Below, piece by piece: positions 1-13,654 of a DNA stretch of 64,000 nt. The notes under the pieces were generated by a model that ran no database searches, had not been told where the DNA came from, and saw nothing but the letters and a program-made list of their open reading frames with translations. This DNA comes from Eledone cirrhosa (Eukaryota). Every line of letters starts with the position of its first letter. Within the stretch, counting starts at the first letter, position 1. The stretch lies in assembly GCA_964016885.1 (NCBI GenBank), contig OZ024746.1, positions 70,556,001 through 70,620,000 of the forward strand. The letters run 5' to 3'. Both the position numbers and the translations under genes were made by a program.

Positions 1-1927
<1,927 letters not shown>

Positions 1928-3739
1928 CATCATCATCATCAACGTTTAACGTCCGTGTTCCACGCTTGCATGGGTTTGGACGGGGGTAGTCCCATTTGAG
2001 GCAAGAGTGATTGTCTTGCTCGCATAGGACTGTCTGGCAGGTTTTCTACAGTTGGATGCCCTTCCTAACACCAACCACATTTACAGTGTGGGTTTGGGAG
2101 GTTTTTACCGTGTTGCCTACACGGCCACATTACAGCGTGGACTGTGTGTTTTTTTGTCGTGACACCTACAGGATCTCATTTGTTTCGGCCTGGATGGTGT
2201 GGCACCAACATAACTTTACATAGAACGGGGTGGTGTGGATGGGGTGGGGGTGGCGGGACGGGGGGGGGGGGGTTAATTTATTAGAGATGCCTACTGGCTG
2301 TAGTAGGTTTTACTATGTATTTAGGTAAGGCGGGTCTTCTCTGTTACTGAGTACCGCCAAAGGTCTCGGTCCAGTGACATTGTCTTGGAGAGGTGTAAGT
2401 CTGTGATGTCGGAGTTTATCAGCTCGTCCCAGGTTTTTCTAGGTCTGCCTATTCCGTGACTACCGTCTATCTTTATTGCCCTGCACTTTGTTATACAGCT
2501 ATCGACTTTCATGCGCATCACGTGTCCATACCAACGTAGCCTTCTCTCGAGTAAACAACATCTGATCCCTCTTATCTCTAATTTTTTCCTTAGTTCGTTT
2601 ATGCTTTGCCGTTCACGTATATTACTGTTACACATCCAGCGGAGCATGCAAGCTTCGTTCCTCTCTAGTCTGCGTATATCCTCTGCACACAATGCCCAGG
2701 TCTCACTGCCATGCAGCATTGCTGTTCGTATGCAGGCATCGTACAACCTGCCTTTCATTTTTAGGGAGAACCCTTTAGCAGGTAATAGTGGTATAAGCTC
2801 TCTGAACTTTTTACAACCAGTTCTGACTCTAGCTACAGTACTTTCAGAGCACCCTCCCCCACTGCTGATTTTATCGCCCAGGTAACGGAAGCTGTCCACT
2901 ATTTCTATAGAACCCTCTGCGCAATTGAAAGAGCTAGTATTTTGTGGGCACTTGCTGCTACTTATTGCACCAGAACACCGGCCACATGTAAAATCTATGT
3001 TCTTAGTTAGCTTACCTGTGATCCCACTACATCTTTTATGCACCCATACTTTGCATTTAGGACATAAAATGGAGTTTCTACCTACGCCTTTCCTACACAC
3101 CGAGCACGACCATTTCCCAGAAGGGACCGCCGCCTTGTTTTCTTTCCTACAAACTAGTACTTTGGTCTTAGCCAGGTTAATTTTAAGTCCTTTTGACTCT
3201 AGGCCGTGCTTCCATGTTTGGAATTTCTTCTCTAGCTCGGCCATTGATTCCGCTATGAGTGTCAGGTCGTCTGCGTATAGGAGTTCCCATGGGCAGCCTG
3301 TCTTGAACTCCTCTGTTATAGCCTGAAGGGCAATAATAAATAGTAGGGGGCTGAGAACAGAGCCCTGATGGACGCCAACTTTTACGCTAAACTCTTCACT
3401 ATATTCGTTGTTAATTCTAACCTTGCTGACTGTTTCTTTATACATGGCTTGTATAGCCCTCACAAGCCATTCGTCAACGCCTAGTTTTCTAAGAGCCCAC
3501 CAGATAATGGAGCGGGGGACTCTGTCGAAGGCTTTCTCCAAGTCGACAAAAGCTAAGTAGAGGGGTTTACCTTTAGCTAGGTACTTCTCCTGTAGTTGTC
3601 GTACTATGAAAAGAGCGTCTGTGGTACTTTTGCCTGACACAAACCCGAACTGCATTTCATCTAGGTCAATTCTCTCTCTGATTAGTTGCGCTATTACTTT
3701 TTCCGTGACCTTCATGACCTGGTCGATTAATTTAATGCC

Positions 3740-3740
<1 letters not shown>
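1928..3740 (-). mobile_element. 5'-truncated RTE-clade LINE (RT, PHD-like insert, long 3'UTR, (GAT)n tail)
   Basis: Open frame ~3740 to stop at 2321: [64 protein letters not shown]; (ATC)n on plus at 1928. Confidence 0.92.
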
Positions 3741-4327
<587 letters not shown>

Positions 4328-5763
4328 TCAATGACCGAACTAGAGAAGAAATTCCAAACGTGGAAGCACGGCCTAGAATCAAAAGGCCTTAAAATTAACC
4401 TGGCTAAGACTAAAGTTCTAGTTTGTAGGAAAGAAAATAAGGCGGCGGTCCCATCGGGGAAATGGCCATGCTCAGTGTGTAGGAAAGGCGTAGGTAGAAA
4501 CTCCATTTTATGTCCCAAATGCAAAGTATGGGTGCATAAAAGATGTAGTGGGATCACAGGTAAGCTAACTAAGAACATAGATTTTACATGTGGCCGGTGC
4601 TCTGGTGCAATAAGTAGCAGCAAGTGCCCACAAAATACTAGCTCCTTCAACTGCGCAGAGGGTTCTATAGAAATAGTGGACAGCTTCCGTTATCTGGGTG
4701 ACAAAATCAGCAGTGGGGGAGGGTGCTCTGAAAGTACAGTAGCTAGAGTCAGAACTGGATGGAAAAAGTTCAGAGAGCTTATACCACTATTAGCCGCTAG
4801 AGGGTTCTCCCTAAAAATGAAAGGCAGGTTATACGATGCCTGCATACGAACAGCAATGCTGCATGGCAGTGAGACCTGGGCATTGTGTGCAGAGGATATA
4901 CGCAGACTAGAGAGGAACGAAGCTTGCATGCTCCGCTGGATGTGCAATAGTAATATACGTGAACGGCAAAGCATAAACGAACTAAGGAAAAAATTAGAAA
5001 TAAGAGGGATCAGATGTTGTTTACTCGAGAGAAGGCTACGTTGGTACGGTCACGTGATGCGCATGAAAGACGACAGCTGTATAACAAAGTGCAGGGCAAT
5101 AAAGATAGACGGTAGCCACGGAGTAGGCAGACCCAGAAAAACATGGGACGAGCTGATAAATTCCAACCTCACACGCTTACACCTCTCCAAGACAATGTCA
5201 CTGGACCGAGACCTTTGGCGGTACTCAGTAATAGAGAAGACCCGCCTTACCTAAATACAAAGTAAAAACCTACTACAGTCAGTAGGCATCTCTATCAAAA
5301 CACACCCCCGTCCCACCACCTCCACCCCACCCACACCGCCCCTTTCAATGTAAAGTTATGTTGGTCCCACAACATCCAGGCCGAAACAAATGAGATCGTG
5401 TAGGTGTCACGACAAAAAACACACAGTCCACGCTGTAAATGTGGCCGTGTAGGCAACACGGTAAAAACCTCCCAGCCCCACACTGTAAATGTGGTTGGTG
5501 TTAGGAAGGGCATCCAGCTGTAGAAAACCCGCCACACAGTCCATGCTGTAATGTGGCCGTGTAGGCAACACGGTAAAAACCTCCCAGCCCCACACTGTAA
5601 ATGTGGTTGGTGTTAGGAAGGGCATCCAACTGTAGAAAACCCGCCAGACAGTCCTATGCGAGCAAGACAACCACTCTTGCCTCAAGTGGGAAAACCCCCG
5701 TCCAAACCCATGCAAGCGTGGAACACGGACGCTAAACCTGATGATGATGATGATGATGATGAT
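4328..5763 (+). mobile_element. 5'-truncated RTE-clade LINE, inverted near-copy of 1928-3250
   Basis: ORF 4331-5254 nearly identical to the C-terminal part of ORF 2321-4228; 3'UTR with an internal duplication; (GAT)n tail at 5741-5763. Confidence 0.92.
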
Positions 5764-5869
5764 ATATATACAAATACATATATATATATACATATATATA
5801 TACAAATACATATATATATATACATATATATATACAAATACATATATATATATATATATATATATACAA

Positions 5870-5916
<47 letters not shown>

Positions 5917-6055
5917 CATATATATATATACATATATATATATATACATATATATATATACATATATATATACATATATATATACATATATATATACATA
6001 TATATATATACATATATATATATACATATATATATACATATATATATATATATAC

Positions 6056-6088
<33 letters not shown>

Positions 6089-6125
6089 CATATGAAAAGT
6101 GTAATTTACTACACAAAACGAAGGT

Positions 6126-6690
6126 TATAGAGAAAATTGAGGTTGGTAATGGCACATGGAATATATAAGAGACAGAATACTTTTTTGTGAAAAAACATAA
6201 TTTTATAAGGTAAGGAAATAATAAAGGGTATAAAAAATGACCGGTTTCGATGGGTCTGCAAAAGCCATCTTTTCAAATGTTGATTAATATTAAGAAAAAT
6301 TAATAATAAGAAGAGTTAAAATTTGAGATTTGAAAATTGAAGTATAAAATTCATTGTGGGATTTCACAGTAGTTTTCATCTTGGTAGCAGCTCGTTGACT
6401 GCTGGGTCCCCTTCTGGTAGCAACGAGCTGCTACCAAGATGAAAACTACTGTGAAATCCCACAATGAATTTTATACTTGAATTTTCAAATCTCAAATTTT
6501 AACTCTTCTTATTAATTTTTCTTAATATTAATCAACATTTGAAAAGATGGCTTTTGCAGACCCATCGAAACCGGTCATTTTTTATACACTTTATTATTTC
6601 CTTACCTTATAAAATTATATGTTTTTTCACAAAAAAGTATTCTGTCTCTTATATATTCCATGTGCCATTACCAACCTCAATTTTCTCTAT
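6126..6690. mobile_element. Palindromic Penelope-like terminal sequence (arms 6126-6397 and 6421-6690, 23-nt spacer) flanked by (TA)n
   Basis: Arms are reverse complements with a few substitutions/indels; each carries a GAAACCGGTC minimal-hammerhead-type motif typical of Penelope pLTRs; Penelope assignment is inferred. Confidence 0.6.
6534..6581 (+). ncRNA. Minimal type I hammerhead-like motif, U3-A8 variant (mirror copy on minus at ~6233-6281)
   Basis: AACAT-TTGAAAA-GATGG(11 nt)CCATC-GAAA-CCGG-TC-ATTTT; palindromic ACCGGT stem III, GUC cleavage triplet. Confidence 0.55.
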
Positions 6691-6742
6691 ATATATACAT
6701 ATACATATATATATACATATATATATACATATATATATATAT

Positions 6743-6775
<33 letters not shown>

Positions 6776-6851
6776 CATACATATATATATACATACATAT
6801 ATATATACATACATATATATATACATACATATATATATACATATATATATA

Positions 6852-7162
6852 CATCATCATCATCATCATCATCATCATCAACGTTTAACGTCCGTGTTCC
6901 ACGCTTGCATGGGTTTGGACGGGGGTTTTCCCACTTGAGGCAAGAGTGATTGTCTTGCTCGCATAGGACTGTCTGGCAGGTTTTCTACAGTTGGATGCCC
7001 TTCCTAACACCAACCACATTTACAGTGTGGGGCTGGGAGGTTTTTACCGTGTTGCCTACATGGCCACATTACAGCGTGGACTGTGTGTTTTTTTGTCGTG
7101 ACACCTACACGATCTCATTTGTTTCGGCCTGGATGGTGTGGCACCAACATAACTTTACATAG
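6852..7162 (-). mobile_element. RTE LINE 3'UTR fragment
   Basis: Near-identical to 1928-2222, including the (ATC)n tail. Confidence 0.88.
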
Positions 7163-7198
7163 TTGCCTCGGTAGCGCAGTAGGCAGCGCGTCAGTCTC

Positions 7199-7258
<60 letters not shown>

Positions 7259-7324
7259 ACATATATATATATATATATACACACATATATATATATACAC
7301 ATATACATATATATATATATATAT

Positions 7325-7391
<67 letters not shown>

Positions 7392-8193
7392 TAAGCAGGA
7401 ACAAACTCTCAAGGTTGCATCATATATAAGCTTTAATCACATATGGCAATTGTTTTGATATTTGTCAGCTCAAGATGCAGTCATGACAACCAGGGTCCAG
7501 CGTTGCACCAACAGCACATCAGACAAGGTTTATATGTGCAGAACAGAGTCAAACTGCTGAAAGAAGTCAATGGATCCCTTTATATACACGTATTTCGGGG
7601 TGGAACAAAAAAGAAAATACAATAACTGCAATAACAACAGTAGGGCAGCAATTAAGGTGAAGCGTCTTTGAAGACAACTTTGAGAATGCCAGTGGGTGTT
7701 GGGCAGCTACTAATGGCCAATATACAGAGCAAGTGGTCTGGTGTATCAGATATCAATATGTACTGTTAAGCTGTGGCAGAGTATTTGGAACCCCCAGTGT
7801 AACAACAACAACAACTACTAAAACAGCTGCACTACTGCCAGCAACAACAATGACATGTTCTCACTGACGAACCCTCCTATAACTATCGTTACTTTATATA
7901 TCCAGCTGTAGAAATCAAGCCAAAATCTGCCCTGGGTGAGCTAAACATAGTCTTCTGTCCTGATTCTCTCCCTAAAGGTCAACCCGTCCTATCCAGTAGC
8001 ATGGAAGATGTTGATAATGATAATATACATATAGATAGATAAATATATTGGCAGTAGCACTAAGATAGTGTCATGCATAATAGGGGTGTATATGAAAGCA
8101 TATATTATATGTTTATATACAATAAACACATGAAGGCCTCGCTATCAAAGAAAAAAATACTTTTCTCTTTTGTTCAGTGAACATGTCACAGAT

Positions 8194-8280
8194 ATCTCAG
8201 TAGCCGTTGAGAATGCCAGTCAACTGTTTCAAGATTCATTAATCTCTCATCAGTGACATTCACTCAACCGGTACTGAGAT
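8194..8280 (-). ncRNA. Degenerate type I hammerhead ribozyme with long stem I
   Basis: Minus: GAATGTCA-CTGATGA-GAGATT AATG AATCTT-GAAA-CAGTTG-AC-TGGCATTC; stem I extends ~25 bp (atctcagtagccgttgagaatgcca vs tgacattcactcaaccggtactgagat). Confidence 0.6.
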
Positions 8281-8735
8281 GAAAATAGACTAGAACCGAT
8301 ATAGATTTTGCATATTGAACATTTGCTGGTGATGTTCATTTGCGTATAGCAAATAGAAAACATCGATTGGAAATGCTCATTTGCATCTAGTGTGGACTTA
8401 GCTGGTTTTAATTAATTGTCAGTAGCACTAAGATCGCGTCGTGAATAATAAGTGTATATAAACAATAAATACATGAGAGACCCACTATCAAAGAAACTCA
8501 GAACGTAAAGTACTGTGACTATATAGCGCAAAGCATGTTGTCCGACGCTCTACAGATACTACTAATCCACCATCTATTTTAATATTCCTATAAAATACCC
8601 TTGAATGTAAATGGTATTATACAAGCCGACTATATATAGTGCGTAATTTTATTGGTCGACTGACAATAGCAACATTTACATGGCAGTAAGATTACCAAGA
8701 TAGCATTCCTTCACTCATTATTGCTTGGATTCATT

Positions 8736-8913
8736 GGCAGCGTCGGTAGAGGGTCGGACGCCATGCTTTCCAGCATAGTTACGTCCCTTTACGATCTGAG
8801 TTCAAATCCCGCCGAGGTTGACTTTGCCTTTCATCCTTACGGGGTCGATAAAATAAAGTACCAGTGATGCACTGAGTAATTGCTGGCCTTGTGCCTAAAG
8901 TAGAAACAATTAT
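8736..8913 (+). mobile_element. tRNA-derived SINE with Meta-domain-like core (family A). Other copies ~12040-12227, 13465-13645, 16950-17135(-), 20590-20780, 41198-41355, 46939-47117, 47245-47445, 49950-50130, 61225-61415, 63900-64000
   Basis: A-box-like TGGCAGTATCGGT, B-box GAGTTCAAATCC, core GCCTTTCATCCTTACGGGGTCGATAAAATAAAGTACCAG, ATT tail; many dispersed copies. Confidence 0.88.
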
Positions 8914-9007
8914 TGCTTGGATTTTTAAAATATGACAACTATTATGAAAGAATGTTTAACAACCTCCTATAACATTGAAGTGAAAGTAAGATATGATGTA
9001 AAAAACA

Positions 9008-9043
<36 letters not shown>

Positions 9044-10433
9044 CGTTTAATAAAAACATCCGGTGATATCGGTTGTACTGATCGTACTTTCACTTCAATA
9101 TAGTATTTTGCCGAATTTATTAATTTTCATAAGCAACGTAGAAGTATTTCAGAACTTTGCGATATTACAATCCTCTGTTGATGATATTCCTCTTTAATTA
9201 ATTCTCTTATGTAAACTCCCTTTGTTACAAAAATCAAAAGCACAATGATAATAATAATAATTTCTTAAAATAAATATATTTTTTAAAATATATATTTTAC
9301 CTCATAAGAAATAATAATCTTAAGTTAAAAACAAAAACAACTAATATTGTTATACGGCCACATTACAAAGAAAAACAAAACGAAGATAGAACAGTCACAG
9401 ACAAATTAATTAGAAAAAAAAATATGAACTAAGGGAGATAACAAAAATGGGCTAATGGCATATATTTAGACGAGTTAAAGGGGTGATGGACTGAATGACT
9501 AACTATGCACAGAAAAATAATAGAAATTTCCCATTAATTGACGAAAGAAAACGAGGTAATTGCTAATGATTCAGACAATTTAGCGTTAACGAGGATCTCG
9601 GTGGTTATTCAACCTTTAAGAAATAGCAGCTTAAGTCTTCCTACGTCTTTAAAACGGAAAGGTACTTTCAACAATGTAGTCATATATTTATGCACTAGTC
9701 AGGAAAAAAGACAAGATGGTCATGACCGGAATGTCTTTGATCATAACTAATATGGGGCTAAAGAACAACAACAATTAGAATTGGCACTAACACAACGTGC
9801 TTCATTATAAGGGTGTATATGAAAGCATATACGATATGTTTATGTACAATAAACATACGAGAGTCTCGCTATGAATTTTTTCTTTACACCTTTAAAAAGA
9901 AAAAAATTTATGCTTTCATATACGAACAAAAATGTACCTTTATTTTTTGGTGAAAATAAAAATGTTGTGCATGGAGGTGGGAGGTGAACGGTGAAACGAC
10001 GAGACACCGGTTGACAACATGACCTTTGTATTTTGGTAATTTCATATTATTTTAAATCAATCAATTTCAACATAAATATATCGACAATACATCTTTAACA
10101 ACAATGAAAAATGTCTAATTGTATTGTTAAATAGAACTAATGAACCACAGAAGTAATTAGAGAAAATAACCGATGTGAATAGTTTTCACCTTGATTAATA
10201 AACTTCACAGTAGGTAGAAGAATAAAAATGAAATAAGATAACGGACACATTAAAGATTTTACTTGGTGAAAGACACCTTAATCATACGAAGGACTAGATT
10301 AAGAAGAGAATATGAGAAAATATAAGTGTGTAAAATAAATGAATTATATCAAGAATCTTGAAAAACAAAAATGGACAATTACATGCAAATGGAATATTTA
10401 TCATTTTGTCTAAGGTGAAATGACACAACTTAC

Positions 10434-10572
10434 ATTGAGCAGGTGGCATACAAACAAACTTTCGAATAAAGTGATGTTCTTTTGCTTTGTTTTTTATGGC
10501 ATTTGCCAGGGGTTTACTTATTTGTTTGATAGCTAAAGATGCAAGTTTAGCTATAGGAAATGCTGCCACCAT
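10434..10572 (-). CDS. OPA3: Optic atrophy 3 protein homolog, coding exon 1 (phase-1 GT donor at 10433)
   Basis: MVAAFPIAKLASLAIKQISKPLANAIKNKAKEHHFIRKFVCMPPAQ matches the OPA3 N-terminus as I recall it (AFPMAKL..IRQVSKPLANRIK..CLPPAQ); GTAAGT donor follows; exon 2 not found in the window. Confidence 0.92.
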
Positions 10573-10849
10573 AATTAGAACCGAAGTAGCGAAACAAGCT
10601 TTGAATTAAATGACACGGTTACTTATGAAAAGCTTCTACAATATATTTTTAAACTGGCGGATATCTTGTACTGGAGATAGAATTAATTTAATTCGAACAT
10701 ATTATAAGTAATTTTATAAATCAAAAAGAAAACATTTGCGCATGTATGCATTTATTGACGAAGAAGCATTTTAAATAGTATATGGGTGTTCTGTTTACAG
10801 TGCTGTATAAATATCATTTTTAATACTAACTAAAGTAGTCACAGCATGG

Positions 10850-12035
10850 TTGATGAGTGTAAGGGTTTTATTCACTGTTGTATAAAGAGAGATATAATAA
10901 CAGAATGCTTACAGAAAGGAAGCACAAACAAATATAATATAAAGGAAAGGGAAAGAAAGAGAAAAAAATATACATCTGGGGCCGCATACAACAAAAGGCA
11001 GGCGAAAGGGGTAGACAACCGAGCCGCAACTAGGGTAAAAGATAACAGTATCGCGAGGAGCACTGGGAAACCTCTCTAACAATTTTCGAGGCAAGCCAGC
11101 ACGCTCGTAGCATAATCTCGGGTGATGGCGAGGCTGATGCGCTGGAACAACCAAGCACCCTCACGAGCTTCACCAATTACCTCTGTTAGGCGAACCATCA
11201 GTGAAGATAGGAATCTCGCAGTCAGTAGCACGACTTCCCCCAACCTCTCAAATGCCACAGCCTTGAAAATGTAGTTGGCCGACAGATAACGGTATTTTAG
11301 GATTTTGTTCCTTTCGGCTGTGGAAGCTGCAGCTCTCGCCCTAACCACAGTATCCAGGATGTGGGAAGAAGCAAAAGAGTCACTAACTGTGACATCCCAG
11401 ACAAGGCATCTGCCTCTCGACCAGGGGCACAGGGTAAGGCCGTCAGGTCTTTTCCCATCACTTCTGGACAGCCCAGATGACGAGGTATTTGCCCTAGTCA
11501 AAGCTCTCTTGAGAATAAGGTTTAGCACCAGGCATTCAGGCGGCAAGAAAGAGTGTGGAGTCGAGGAGTTTTCCACATCAGCACCTCAAACCCGTACAGA
11601 CATCAGCTCCCACTCTGAGAGCAATGGAGACACGAAGTTCGTCCAAGCTGAGTAGGCCACCAACGTTAGTCATGGGTAGGGCATCAACCCAGTCAACTGA
11701 GTATTTGGTGCTGGCAGACAGTAAGCGGCACATTGAAAACTGATCCGACTGGTCGAAGAGGGACTCAAAGGTGGTCTTCAAACTTATGCTGTCCCAAGCT
11801 CTGACTTCGACTGTCCTCCACCTTGTCTGGAATAGACAAGCCCAACTCACTCCATTGTTGGAGAGCTTCATCCAACTCCCTGTTGGAACTAGTTAATGTT
11901 GGAGAGGAGAGGATGTTGCTCACCCGGGTGGAGGAAAGGAAGCAAGGGAGAGAGAGGGACGAATTTGCCTTTTTGGAAACGTGATTAAGGAAAATCTCAA
12001 AAGGCTCGATGTCACCTTAAGGGATGCTAGGGGGA
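10850..12035 (-). mobile_element. Degenerate CRE-like non-LTR retrotransposon 3' part (restriction-like endonuclease), copy A
   Basis: ORF 11076-11576 SDGKRPDGLTLCPWSRGRCLVWDVTVSD..AERNKILKY..WLFQRISLAI; upstream frame LDELRVSIALRVGADVC. Confidence 0.75.
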
Positions 12036-12402
12036 CAAGGTGGATTGGCAGTATCGGTAGAGGGTCAGACGCCATGCTTTGCAGCAAAGAGTTACGGCCC
12101 TTTATGATCTGAGTTCAAATCCCGCCGAGGTTAACTTTGCCTTTCTTCCTTACGGGGTCGATAAAATAAAGTACCAGTAATACACTGGGTAATTGCTGGC
12201 CTTGTGCCAAAAGTAGAAACAATCATTGATATGGAGCACTGGTGCATCTGATCGGTTCTACGACCACTGACTCGGATGACCCTAGTCCCATCGAGCATGA
12301 GCAATAGATGATGATGGTGGTGGCAGTGGTGGGGTTTTTTTAAAGAATTATTTTCACAATAGACAAATCCAATTGATTCTCCTTTGGAGAATGCTTTCTG
12401 TA

Positions 12403-13652
12403 CTAGGTGATAGCAGACCTGTCAACTCTCCCGTCCGATGGGGAGATCTCCCACCCACTTTGGGGTGAGTGAGAGATGTCTTCTCTTGTAAAAATGGGTA
12501 TAGCTTTCATTATGTAAAATCTCCCCATTTTGCCTCATTTGATGGTTTGTTTTGGCAATCTGGAATTAGACTCTTGCAAATTCTTACCACCCATGGCCAA
12601 AATTGATCCTCAATTTCAATCAATGCTTGATTGAAAATTTCTGAATATTGATACCTGGGTTTGCCTGTTGAACTGCATACTTTAAGTCCCCAGCCGTGTC
12701 CTTTCGATGTTTCATCCAAAGCTCTAGGGGACTGCCAAGTTGACACATGTTCAGCATAATGAAAAAAGATTAGATTTTCCTTGGAGAATCTGACACTGAT
12801 GCTTCAGTCAATGCAAGGTCCCAATGATCATCATTTTCTAACAAACATTTTTGATAGCACGCTTCCCTATAAGTTTCACACACATGACCATTTAGGCTTC
12901 TCAAGTCTCTGAATGATTTAGGACAATGTAATTCATGCAATAGGATCAGTTGAATGATGCCTGAGTGTCTCTCATGAATAGGAAAATTGAAAATTGAAAA
13001 GCCTCATTGCTACTGATGTATCTTCCTCTCTCATTCTGTGCAACTTCGTCATTTTTGTTTCTCTGCTGACTGCCATTCTACAAAAGAGTGTATGTTGCAG
13101 CATCTAAACCTTTGTTTACGTATTTTCAAACATACTTAATGAACTTAACAGAGCTGCAGAATTCAACATTGATATGGGCTTTAAAAGTTTTTGTAAGAAA
13201 ACAGTAGGGTACAACCCACCGATTATCAATGGTGAATTCTTTCCCATTTCTCATTATTTTTTTTTTTTTCGAAGTTAATCCACCATACCCTAGTTTTTTT
13301 CACCATCCTCCTTCCGTCCTTTTACACACACATATACTCTCACAAAGCTTTGCAAATGATGTTGGAACGGTGTTTGATTTATTTTTGCCATACTTTTTTC
13401 ACCATTCCCCTTCCTTCGTTTTAACTCATGAGCGGACTGATACATGGACAGACATCATTTGACAATTGGCAGTATCGGTAGAGGGTCGGACGCCATGCTT
13501 TGACGCATAGAGTTACGGCTCTTGCCATTTTGAGTTCAAATCCCGCCGAGGTTAACTTTGCCTTTCATCCTTACGGGGTCGATAAAATAAAGTACCAGTA
13601 ATACACTGGGTAATTGCTGGCCTTGTGCCAAAAGTAGAAACAATTATATAGA
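12403..13652 (-). mobile_element. Internally deleted Helitron remnant, with a SINE inserted at 13465-13645
   Basis: Minus 12949-12782 translates LILLHELHCPKSFRDLRSLNGHVCETYREACYQKCLLENDDHWDLALTEASVSDSP; later EIFNQALIEIED (RepHel-like); ends A|TC ... CTAG|T. Confidence 0.72.
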
Positions 13653-13654
13653 TA

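Noticed and set aside
10294-10433. C-terminal part of the 92-aa ORF after MPPAQ
   Set aside because: Read-through into the intron past the GTAAGT donor; no OPA3 similarity.
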